Under the pieces are notes generated by a model. It did not search any database. It was given only the letters and a program-made list of their open reading frames with translations, and was not told the DNA's origin. 64,000 nucleotides of DNA from an uncultured Planctomycetaceae bacterium (GTDB taxonomy: Bacteria; Planctomycetota; Planctomycetia; Planctomycetales; Planctomycetaceae). This document shows positions 55,150 through 64,000 of this stretch, piece by piece. The stretch is from assembly GCA_963815195.1 (NCBI GenBank), contig CAWFGE010000012.1:128001-192000 (forward strand), written 5' to 3'. Both the position numbers and the translations under genes were made by a program. The first letter of the stretch is position 1. Every line of letters starts with the position of its first letter.

Positions 55150-55725
55150 TTGTCCGATGTTACCCGCATCTTGTCGCAAATCGAATCCGGCGATCTCTCT
55201 GCCGCCGATCGCTTGTTGCCTCTGGTGTACGATGAACTGCGGATTCTCGCCGCCCAGCGGATGGCACACGAGAAACCTGGTCGGACATTTTCTGCAACGT
55301 CTCTGGTTCACGAAGCCTATATTCGGTTGGTGGACGGGGATGAATCTCAGAAATGGAACGGGCGGGGTCATTTCTTCGCGTCGGCGGCCGAAGCCATGCG
55401 GCGAATTCTCGTGGAGAACGCGCGGGAGAGGAAATCCGCCAAACGGGGCGGAGATTGGCAACGGATCGAATTGACGGGCCTCGCCGTCGCCGCCGATTCG
55501 CAGCCGGATCGGCTTCTTGACTTGAACGAGGCCCTGGATCGGCTGGAAGCAGAGGACCAGCCGGCGGCAAACATCGTCAAGATGCGGCTGTTCGCCGGAA
55601 TGACTCTCGATGAGTTGGCTTTATCATTGGGGCTCTCGCGAACGGTGGTCCATCGCCAGTGGACTTACGCCCGCGCCTGGCTCAAGCGGGAACTGAGCGA
55701 AGACGCGGTCCAAGACGATTTCTGA
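55150..55725 (+). CDS. ECF sigma factor, planctomycete kinase-associated type (TIGR02999-like)
   Basis: SDVTRIL..LLPLVYDELR..TSLVHEAYIRL..HFFASAAEAMRRILV..WTYARAWL. Confidence 0.93.
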   Translation: MSDVTRILSQIESGDLSAADRLLPLVYDELRILAAQRMAHEKPGRTFSATSLVHEAYIRLVDGDESQKWNGRGHFFASAAEAMRRILVENARERKSAKRGGDWQRIELTGLAVAADSQPDRLLDLNEALDRLEAEDQPAANIVKMRLFAGMTLDELALSLGLSRTVVHRQWTYARAWLKRELSEDAVQDDF

Positions 55726-55809
55726 GGATTTTCTCAAAATCTCGCGAATTCGCGGAAAGTTTGTGGCTGGATTTCGCACTGTCTTCTGGCGATTATCTGG
55801 AGTTCCGCA

Positions 55810-58800
55810 ATGCACGCGACCGATCGACTGGCCAAATCTCTGTTTCTTGATGCCGTCGAAAAAATTCCGCCCGACCAATGGCCGGGGTTTCTCGACTCGC
55901 ACTGCCGTGGCAACGCGGAATTGCGGCGCGAAGTCGAAGGGCTGTTAAGTGCCCACGCCGCTGCCGATTCCCTCCTGGATTGCGCGGTTCCCGAACGCAC
56001 ACAGGAATGGCAACAGCTCATGGAGACGCCCGGCACGCAGATCGGGCTCTACAAACTCCGCGAACAGATCGGTGAAGGCGGCTTTGGGGTGGTGTACGTG
56101 GCCGAGCAGGTTCAGCCCGTGGCCAGAAAAGTCGCGCTCAAGATCATCAAGCCGGGGATGGATACCCGCGAGGTCATCTCCCGCTTTGAATCCGAACGGC
56201 AAGCGCTGGCGCTGATGGATCACCCCCACATTGCCAAGGTGTTGGATGCGGGGACGACCGGCAGTCCCGGCCGCCCCTATTTCGTGATGGAATTGGTCAA
56301 AGGCCTTCCCATCACCGATTTCTGCGACGGAGGGCAGCTCTCGACCCGCGAACGGCTCGAACTTTTCGTGGATGTCTGCCGGGCGGTGCAGCATGCCCAT
56401 CAAAAAGGAATCATTCACCGCGACATCAAACCGTCGAATGTAATGGTTGCTCTCCACGACGACCGGCCGGTCGTGAAGGTGATTGACTTTGGCATCGCGA
56501 AAGTCCTTAGCCGGAAACTGAGCGAAAACACGATCTATACCGCCTACGGTCAGATGATCGGCACGCCCGCCTACATGAGTCCGGAACAAGCCCAGTTGAA
56601 TGCCCTGGATGTGGACACGCGGAGCGACGTTTACTCGCTGGGAGTTCTCTTGTACGAACTTCTGACGGGGACCACGCCGTTTGATATGGAGACGTTTAAA
56701 AATGTCGGCTTTGACGAACTCCGCCGCATGATCCGCGAAGAGGAGCCGCCGCGACCCAGTGCCCGCATCAGCACGTTGAACGCCGCGGTGCTTTCCACGA
56801 TTTCCGGCAAGCGGCAAATGGACCCTCGAAAGCTCAGCCAATCCTTGCGGGGGGAAGTGGACTGGATTGTGATGAAGTCCCTCGAAAAGGACCGCAACCG
56901 GCGATACGAGACCGCGAGCGCATTCGCAGCCGACGTCCAGCGTTATCTGGCCGATGAAGCGGTTCAGGCCTGCCCGCCGTCGGCGATATATCGGTTTAGG
57001 AAGTTCCTACGCCGTCACAAGTTCGCCCTGGGAATGGCATTCGTGATTGGGTTAGCGGTCTTGGTCGCAGTCGCGGCATCGGTCCGGTCCACTCTCCTCA
57101 TTGCCCAAGAGCAACACGTGACGAAAAACGCACTCGAATCCGAGACCCGCGCCAGGAGAATCTCGACGAGACTCGGCAGCGAGAGCGGCGGGACGCGTAC
57201 TTCCATCGGATTTCCTTGGCCCACCGAGAGCTCGCCGATAACAACCTGGGCCGTGCCCTCGAGTTGCTGGAGGAATGCCCCAAAGACCTCAGGCAGTGGG
57301 AGTGGCATTATCTCATGCGGATTTGCCGTGTCGAACCGGTCATCTTGCGGCAGAAAACCGAGGTCAACAGCATTGGCTTCAGCCCAAATGGAGATCGCCT
57401 GGCCTCAGCGGGCGGGGATGGAAACATCAAGATATGGAATCGGCAGACATGGAACGTTCAAACTCTCGAAAACGCGCAGCGCGGGGTTTGTTTCCAGCGT
57501 GGTTTTTCACCCCGACGGAAAACACTTGGCTTCTGTCGGCGCGGATCGGCAGGTCAACGTTTGGGACCTGACAACCGGCGAAAAGGTGTTCGCTCAACCC
57601 TGCGATTGCGTTCATGCTTATGGGACGGCTTATGCCGTAGCGTTCAGCGTCCAGGACCGTCGGCAACTCGCGGTGGGGAATGAAGGCGCGGTGAAGATTT
57701 GGGACTGGAAGAGCGGTCGACTCTTGCAAGATCTGACCGGGCACGACAAGCGTCCCATTAGCGTGGCATTTAGTAAAGAGGGACGCCTGGCGTCCGGCAG
57801 TTGGCAAGGCAGCGTGAAACTTTGGGATGTGAAGTCAAAAGCTGAATTGTTGGGGACCTACGGCGAAAAGGAGGGCTCTCGACATCCCGTGGTTGCACTG
57901 GCATTTAACCGGGATGGCCGACGGTTAGCAACCGCCAGTTACGATCGCCGTGTGGATGTGTGGAACACGAAGACGGGTCAACGATCGCTGACGCTTCCGC
58001 AAGCCGGACTGGTCATGTGCGTCGCCTACAGTCCCGACGGCCGGCGCATCGCCTCTTCCGGCGAAGACCGGACCGTGCGGGTCTGGGACGCGACGACGGG
58101 CCGGGAGATTCTCGGCCTCCGCGGACATGCCGGCAATTGTGGATGTCTGGCATTCAGCCCGGACGGGAGACTCCTCGCTTCTGCGAGCAAGGATGGCACA
58201 ATCCGCATTTGGGACGCGAGTCCGCTCCAAGGTTCCGAAGGCCAGGAAATGAGGACCTTTAGGCAAAGCAGCAACGAAATTTGGACCGTTGCGGTGAGTC
58301 CCGATGGCCGGAACATTGCTTCGGGTGGCTGGAGCATGCCGATCAAAGTCTGGGACATCGAGTCGGGACGAGTGAGTTTCGAATTCAACGGTCAAGGAAA
58401 CATTATCTTCGGTTTGGCTTGGCATCCCAACGGCGTACGGATCGCGTCGGCTGGCAGAAGTGGCGAGATGTTTACGGTCAAAGTCTGGGACGCCCGCACC
58501 GGAAAAGAAGCCTTCTCACTCCCGGCGGGCCCCGAGTACTTCTCTGCGGCGTTTTCTCCCGACGGCAGATCCTTAGTCACGGGAAGCGCCAACCGGTCCA
58601 TTCAGGTCTGGGATGCGGAGACCGGCAAGGCCGTCGCAACGCTGGGGACTCACGACCGGGTCATCCGCGGAGTCGTCTTCAGCCCCGATGGCCTGCACCT
58701 GGCTTCCGTGTGCGATGAGGGGATCGTCAAAATCTGGGACGCGACCCGCTTGGATGCCAAGCAAACACCTCGCCTCAGCGTTCAGGGTTGGATCCACGGC

Positions 58801-59172
58801 CAGTGTTTGAACATTGCCTTCAGCCCGGACGGCGGCCGATTGGCGACAGCCGGCGAGGAAAACACGGTCAAAATCTGGGATGTCGAGACCGGCCAGGAGT
58901 TGCAAACGCTGCGGGGACATACGGGGGATGTTTCCACGCTCGCGTTTAGCCCCGACAACGCGGGACGGTGGATTGCCTCCGCGGGGGAAGACAGCACTGT
59001 CAAAATCTGGAATAGCCGGACCGGTCGGTTGGTGCACAGCTTTCGAGGGCATCTCGGCCTTGTCAGCAGTCTTGCCTTTACACCCGACGGCCGGCGATTG
59101 GTCTCGGGAAGCCGGGATCACACCGTCAAGATTTGGGACGTGACGGGGTTGGATGAAGCGCCCGAACTCTAA
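55810..59172 (+). CDS. Ser/Thr kinase - TM - WD40 repeat receptor; compensating frameshifts at about 57150 and 57478
   Basis: IGEGGFGVV, HRDIKPSN, DFG, GTPAYMSPE; TM; about a dozen FSPDG..WD repeats; LRQWEWHYL linker in alternate frame. Confidence 0.93.
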   Translation: MHATDRLAKSLFLDAVEKIPPDQWPGFLDSHCRGNAELRREVEGLLSAHAAADSLLDCAVPERTQEWQQLMETPGTQIGLYKLREQIGEGGFGVVYVAEQVQPVARKVALKIIKPGMDTREVISRFESERQALALMDHPHIAKVLDAGTTGSPGRPYFVMELVKGLPITDFCDGGQLSTRERLELFVDVCRAVQHAHQKGIIHRDIKPSNVMVALHDDRPVVKVIDFGIAKVLSRKLSENTIYTAYGQMIGTPAYMSPEQAQLNALDVDTRSDVYSLGVLLYELLTGTTPFDMETFKNVGFDELRRMIREEEPPRPSARISTLNAAVLSTISGKRQMDPRKLSQSLRGEVDWIVMKSLEKDRNRRYETASAFAADVQRYLADEAVQACPPSAIYRFRKFLRRHKFALGMAFVIGLAVLVAVAASVRSTLLIAQEQHVTKNALESETRARRISTRLGSESGGTRTSIGFPWPTESSPITTWAVPSSCWRNAPKTSGSGSGIISCGFAVSNRSSCGRKPRSTALASAQMEIAWPQRAGMETSRYGIGRHGTFKLSKTRSAGFVSSVVFHPDGKHLASVGADRQVNVWDLTTGEKVFAQPCDCVHAYGTAYAVAFSVQDRRQLAVGNEGAVKIWDWKSGRLLQDLTGHDKRPISVAFSKEGRLASGSWQGSVKLWDVKSKAELLGTYGEKEGSRHPVVALAFNRDGRRLATASYDRRVDVWNTKTGQRSLTLPQAGLVMCVAYSPDGRRIASSGEDRTVRVWDATTGREILGLRGHAGNCGCLAFSPDGRLLASASKDGTIRIWDASPLQGSEGQEMRTFRQSSNEIWTVAVSPDGRNIASGGWSMPIKVWDIESGRVSFEFNGQGNIIFGLAWHPNGVRIASAGRSGEMFTVKVWDARTGKEAFSLPAGPEYFSAAFSPDGRSLVTGSANRSIQVWDAETGKAVATLGTHDRVIRGVVFSPDGLHLASVCDEGIVKIWDATRLDAKQTPRLSVQGWIHGQCLNIAFSPDGGRLATAGEENTVKIWDVETGQELQTLRGHTGDVSTLAFSPDNAGRWIASAGEDSTVKIWNSRTGRLVHSFRGHLGLVSSLAFTPDGRRLVSGSRDHTVKIWDVTGLDEAPEL

Positions 59173-59245
59173 GGGGAATCTCTCGTGGGACAGCTGTTTG
59201 ATTCGTCCCTAATGCGCAATCTCGTCAAAGAAAGGTCAGCCAGCC

Positions 59246-60231
59246 ATGTTGAAGTTCCAAAAGACGCCCGTGAGGCGAGGCTTCACGCTGATCGAATTGA
59301 TGGCCTCCCTCGCGATCATCAGCCTGTTAATTGGCCTCTTGCTCCCAGCGGTGCAAGCCGCCCGTGAGGCCGCCCGCCGGATGCAATGCGGGAACAACCT
59401 GCGGCAGCTCGGATTGGCCGCCCACCAGCACCACGACACCTTTCAGCATCTGCCGCCGGGCATTGGGTATTATCCCACGGAAAACAACGGCGTGTTTGGC
59501 ACTTATTTTTTCCACCTGCTGCCATTTCTCGATCAGGGCAACCTCTTCAAAAACTCGCTGGGGGATGTCACTTTTCCGTCGCCCGTGGGAGTCAGGACGG
59601 TTCATTATCCCGGGAATCAGTCGGTCTATCGCCAGCCGGTGCCGGTGTTCCTTTGCCCTTCGGATCCGAGCGCCCCCGATGGCGTCGTGATCGTCGATGG
59701 TTATACGTTCGGCGCGTCGAGTTACGCCGTCAACGCCTTCGCCTCGGCAAGAAATCCTCTCACCACGGCTCCCATCGAAATTCCCCAGGGCAAAGTTCGC
59801 ATCCCCGAGGACTTCCCGGACGGCACGTCGAACACCATTCTCCACGTCGAGAAATATGCCCGCTGTTCCAATTCTATCCTGCCTGTCCTCGGCGACGGCG
59901 GCAACGCGTGGGCCTATTGCAATTCTCTCTTGTTTCCTTGGCTGCCTCCGCCCATGAATCCGCCCGGTCGAGCGTATCAAACGGGCTTCGCAATCCCCGC
60001 CCTGGCCTTGCGGGTGCGCCGAATGCGATTGGTCCCGGATCGAAGTTTCAAGTGCAGCCCACGCCGTTTTTGGGCAATTGCGATCCGACGCGGGCCTCAA
60101 CGTCCCATGCGGGCATGTTGGTCGGTCTGGCGGATGGCAGCGTGCGAACACTGAATCCCAACATGACCGGCACCACCTGGTGGGCCGCGGTCACGCCTGC
60201 GGGATCAGAAGTCCTCGGCTCGGATTTTTAG
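59246..60231 (+). CDS. DUF1559 prepilin-type N-terminal cleavage protein, frameshift at about 60012
   Basis: RGFTLIEL..LLLPAVQAAREAARRMQCGNNLRQ, DGTSNT, C-terminal H..LADGSV in second frame. Confidence 0.93.
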
Positions 60232-60247
60232 TTGGTCCGAAGAAAAT

Positions 60248-60381
60248 CGGCCGGTGAATCCCAACCGCGAAGAACGGGGGCACCCGCTGGGTCCACCGGC
60301 CTTGTGGCCTCGCCCCGGCGCTCAGTCTGCCGCGCTGGGAACGCGGCATCTCATTTATCGCAGACCACAAGGAGAATTGCC
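60248..60381 (+). promoter_or_regulatory. Structured 5' leader, copy 1
   Basis: Near-identical to 60906-61038; GGCCGGTG/CACCGGCC stem; CCTTGTGG complementary to CCACAAGG at the RBS. Confidence 0.65.
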
Positions 60382-60891
60382 ATGAAGCGTTTGAGTTTTG
60401 CAGCAGGTTTCGCGTTGGCCGGTCTGATTGTTCTGGGAATGACCGGCTCAATTTCCGCCGGGGAGCAGGTGCCGTTTAAAGGCAGCATGGAAGGCGTGCA
60501 TGTGAGCAGGACACCGAGCGAAACGCCCCTGGTGTTTTTTGACGTGTTCGAACTCACGGGACAGGCGACCGAACTGGGGGAGTTCGAGCTGGTGATCGAG
60601 GCGGAGGTGGACTTTAGAAATCTGCCGCCGACCGGCGAGGGAACCCTCACGTTCACGGCCGCCAACGGCGACACGCTGGTCGCCCACGATACCGGAGCAT
60701 CAAGACTCGTCGAACCTGGCCTCGTCTTGATTACCGAGCACGCGACCATCGACCCCGACCGCTCCACCGGTCGATTCGCGGGCGCCACCGGAACCTTCAC
60801 GGTCGAGCGCCTGGCGGACGCAGCCACTGGCGTGACGGGCGTGACCGTCGGTTCCTTCGAGGGGACCATTTCCTCGCCCGGCGCCAACTAA
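60382..60891 (+). CDS. Secreted beta-rich hypothetical protein, paralogue 1
   Basis: AAGGAG RBS, signal peptide, VPFKG, AANGD, TGRFAGATG. Confidence 0.85.
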   Translation: MKRLSFAAGFALAGLIVLGMTGSISAGEQVPFKGSMEGVHVSRTPSETPLVFFDVFELTGQATELGEFELVIEAEVDFRNLPPTGEGTLTFTAANGDTLVAHDTGASRLVEPGLVLITEHATIDPDRSTGRFAGATGTFTVERLADAATGVTGVTVGSFEGTISSPGAN

Positions 60892-60905
60892 CTTTCTATC
60901 CAAAG

Positions 60906-61038
60906 CGGCCGGTGAACCCCAACCGTGAAGAAGGGGGGCACCCTCTGGGTCCACCGGCCTTGTGGCCTCGCCCCGGCGCTCGGTCTGCGCGCTGGGAACG
61001 CGGCATCTCATTTATCGCAGACCGCAAGGAGAATTGCT
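60906..61038 (+). promoter_or_regulatory. Structured 5' leader, copy 2
   Basis: Same stems as copy 1, including CGGTCTGCG/CGCAGACCG. Confidence 0.65.
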
Positions 61039-61524
61039 ATGCAGCGTTTCAGTTTTGCAGCAGGTTTTGTGTTGGCTGGGCTGATCCTTCTGGGAATGAC
61101 CTGCCCCATTTCCGCCGGGGATCAAGTTCCCTTCAATGGAACTTTAGACGGGGACCAGTTTAGGACGCCGCTCGACGATCCCTTTGTGCTGGATCAGTTC
61201 TACATGACGGGAAACTCCACCCAATTGGGAGAGTACGATCTGCTGATCGAAGCGACCGTCAACACCGCCATGAGGACCGCGAGTGGACGCTATTACTTCG
61301 TCGCGGCCAACGGCGATGAGTTGACCGCCGAGTTTGAAGGAAGCTCCATGCCCACCGCAACCCCCGGCGTGATCTTGATTATGGAAATCGCAACCATTGA
61401 CGGCGGCACGGGTCGGTTCGCCGGCGCAACTGGGAGTTTCGTTTGCGAGCGATTGTTCGAAATCGCCAGTGCGACGAGCGTCGGAACCTACACCGGAACC
61501 ATTTCCAACGTTCGAGCAAAATAG
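61039..61524 (+). CDS. Secreted beta-rich hypothetical protein, paralogue 2
   Basis: Same signal peptide and VPFNG, AANGD, GGTGRFAGATG motifs. Confidence 0.85.
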   Translation: MQRFSFAAGFVLAGLILLGMTCPISAGDQVPFNGTLDGDQFRTPLDDPFVLDQFYMTGNSTQLGEYDLLIEATVNTAMRTASGRYYFVAANGDELTAEFEGSSMPTATPGVILIMEIATIDGGTGRFAGATGSFVCERLFEIASATSVGTYTGTISNVRAK

Positions 61525-61640
61525 CGATCCGGCCCACCCATTAAAATCGACTTTTCTGGTGAGACATTGTCCCGGCAAATTGCCGCGGCGCCGGGGCAAT
61601 GGCCTCTCACTTTCTTCTCAACGGCCAAGGCGTCTCTCCC

Positions 61641-62757
61641 ATGATCCCAATCTTGTTCGGAACGGTTTTCCCTTGGTTGTTGATAGCATTCGGCGGTTGG
61701 CTCGGCTATCAACTCGTCCGCCAGAACGGTCGCATTCTGTTGCGGCTGGAAGGGATCGAAAAGCTTCTGGGATCTCGCGGGGGAACTCCGCGGCGGGAGA
61801 ACGCAGGTTTGCCCGTGGGCAGCGTGGCCCCGGATTTTGAACTGCCGGATCTTTCGGGTGCACTGCGCAAGTTGTCCGAATTCCGTGGCCGGGATGTGCT
61901 CTTGATCTTCTTTAATCCGCAGTGCGGGTTCTGCGCGAAAATGGCCGACAACTTGGCGGCCTTGCCGACGGAAGGATCCAAACGGCGGGCCTTGCCCGCC
62001 TTGCCCATTGTCGTGTCCACCGGGGATCTCGACATGAATCGGCAGTTCATTGGAGGATCACGGGATTCGCTGCGTAGTTTTACTCCAGAAAGAAATGGAC
62101 GTTGCCTCACAGTTTCGTGCTCAGGGCACGCCGATGGGCTATCGCATCGATGCTCAAGGACGCATCGCCAGCGAATTGACGATCGGCGCGGAGCCGCTGC
62201 TTCAACTTACGAATCCACCTCATCACCGCGCCACAGGGGGAACAGGCAATGGTTCCCCATCGCACGGAAAACCGGCCGATCCCTCGTTGGCCCGCAGCCG
62301 CCTGAATCGCAATGGCCTCCAGGCCGGCACCGCAGCCCCCGAATTTACGTTGCCGCGGATCGACGATGGAGAACTTTCGCTCTCGGATTTGCGAGGCCAG
62401 CACGTGCTTTTGGTGTTTTCCGATCCCAATTGCGGCCCCTGCGATGAACTCGCCCCGCAATTGGAAACGTTGCAGCAACAGCGGCCGGATTTGCAAATCC
62501 TGATGGTAAGCCGGCGAGATGCCGAGGCCACGCGCGCAAAGGCCGCTTCGCTGGGATTAAGTTTCCCCATTGTCATGCAAAACCAGTGGGAAGTCTCGCT
62601 CAAGTATGCCATGTTCGCCACCCCCATCGGTTATCTGATCGATGAAAAAGGCGTCATCTCGAAAGATGTGGCCGCCGGCGTCGGCCCCATCCTGGCACTT
62701 GCCGCCGAAACTTCCCGCGCACCACAAAGCGATGTCGAGATGTTCTTCGTTTCTTAA
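61641..62757 (+). CDS. Membrane-anchored tandem TlpA/redoxin protein (MauD-like N-terminus), frameshift at about 62050
   Basis: TM then LVRQNGRILLRLE..GLPVGSVAPDFEL..CGFC; second domain GTAAPEFTL..CGPC..FATP. Confidence 0.85.
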
Positions 62758-62805
62758 ATCGAATCCAAAACTGAGTCACTTTCCTTTCTATGAAAGACCA
62801 CGATC

Positions 62806-63624
62806 ATGTCACAACAATGGGATGAATTCTCAAAATCACTGGCGGAAGAATCGCTTCCTCGCCGCGAATCCCTCAAGCGTCTCGGCGCGGTCCTCGCCGG
62901 GGCGATCTTCGGTTCTTTGGGGTTGAAGCAGGCTGTCGCGGGACGAAATTCAGACCCCTGCAAGGCCTTCTGTCGGTGTCGCAACAAGTCGCAGCAATCG
63001 CAATGCATCGAGGCCTGCCGGGCCTGCAATAATGACACCAGCCACCTCTATGGCAACTGCGGATACTTCGGCTGTTGCAATGCCACGGTCTGCGAGGACA
63101 ACTATGGCAAGTACTGCACCGACCTCGACCGGGACCCGGACAACTGCGGCAACTGCGGTAACGCCTGCGAACCGCCAGGGCCATACGAATACGTTTTCTG
63201 TGTTTCCGGGGAGTGCCAGTACGTCTGCGAGCAAGGTGCGGTATTCTGCAATGGGAACTGCACCCTCTTGGAAATGGATCCTGACAACTGCGGAGCGTGC
63301 GGCAACGTTTGCGGCGGCTCAACTCCCTATTGCAGCAACGGTGCCTGCACGGAGTGTTCCGCGGGAATGACCCTCTGCGGGAACACATGCACCTATTTGT
63401 ACTATGACAACGACAACTGCGGCGCATGCGGCAATGTTTGCGGCGGATCGACGCCCTACTGCTACCAGGGAGGATGCACGAGCTGTGCCGGGGGAGCCAT
63501 CTGCAATGGGCTTTGCACCGACGTCTACTGGGACTCGGGAAACTGCGGGGGGTGCGGCAATGTCTGCCCACCCAATACTGGCTGCGCTTGGGGCACTTGC
63601 GAAGGGCTTTGCATTGGCTGTTAG
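62806..63624 (+). CDS. Cysteine-rich repeat protein with Tat-like leader (Stig1/MXAN_6577-like repeats)
   Basis: PRRESLK plus hydrophobic stretch ending AVA; four DxxNCGxCGNxC repeats; 42 Cys by manual count. Confidence 0.85.
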   Translation: MSQQWDEFSKSLAEESLPRRESLKRLGAVLAGAIFGSLGLKQAVAGRNSDPCKAFCRCRNKSQQSQCIEACRACNNDTSHLYGNCGYFGCCNATVCEDNYGKYCTDLDRDPDNCGNCGNACEPPGPYEYVFCVSGECQYVCEQGAVFCNGNCTLLEMDPDNCGACGNVCGGSTPYCSNGACTECSAGMTLCGNTCTYLYYDNDNCGACGNVCGGSTPYCYQGGCTSCAGGAICNGLCTDVYWDSGNCGGCGNVCPPNTGCAWGTCEGLCIGC

Positions 63625-63859
63625 AGGAATGGCCAATGAATTAGCAAATCGGACTCTTAGGAAGTGTCCTGGTTCAGCCGATTCGCATCTGATGGCGACG
63701 CATGCAACAACCGCGGGTAAAGTTCGCCAAGCGAGTTTCGCCTGGCGAACAAAATGTCCCCGGCGTATTCCGCCTGACCGACCAATTAGAAGATGAAGAG
63801 GGAAAGCCGGTTGGGGCGAGTTCTGGCGAGTCGTGTTGTCCAGTGGCAATGAACAAAGG

Positions 63860-63933
63860 CACCCCGAGTAGGATTCGAACCTACGACCGCGGGATTAGAA
63901 ATCCCGTGCTCTATCCAACTGAGCTATCGGGGC
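63860..63933 (-). tRNA. tRNA-Arg (anticodon TCT)
   Basis: Minus strand GCCCCGA TAGCTCAGTTGGATAGAGC CGGGA-TTTCTAA-TCCCG GTAGG-TTCGAAT-CCTAC TCGGGGT G; CCA not encoded. Confidence 0.97.
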
Positions 63934-64000
63934 GCGTCTTATTTTCTAGGCTTTGGCGGGTTCCGAGGGTTCTCGTTTTTGGACCACATCCTGGACGACC

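Noticed and set aside
63975..64000. TGGACCAC/TGGACGAC pair resembling integrase arm sites
   Set aside because: Too short and cut by the window edge to support

Overview
GC-rich bacterial chromosome segment, most likely from a Planctomycete (TIGR02999-type ECF sigma factor with a Ser/Thr kinase, DUF1559 prepilin-like protein, DUF1080, giant membrane proteins, many intergenic palindromes). About 1-51.7 kb is mixed housekeeping and accessory genes: usp, CBS protein, arfB, lone pntA, MutS-like, MscK-like, clpS, enolase-superfamily dehydratase, orphan M.RsrI-like methyltransferase, MoxR, HTTM pair, two giant membrane proteins, suhB, kinase-caspase fusion, csrA, S41 protease, zinc protease, PP2C, vWA, ppx, phoD. 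About 52-63.9 kb looks like an accreted island ending at the 3' end of tRNA-Arg(TCT). It starts with a 314-bp duplication of the phoD 3' end plus a GTAG-REP doublet, joined to an AT-rich orphan toxin-tip/immunity-like pair. Then come an ISAzo13 element with a TAA target duplication and a co-oriented module: ECF sigma, kinase-WD40, DUF1559, two paralogous secreted proteins sharing a structured 134-nt leader, a MauD-like double redoxin and a 42-Cys Tat-like protein. At least 12 genes carry single-base frameshifts, probably long-read consensus errors. All family calls come from motif recognition, not database searches.
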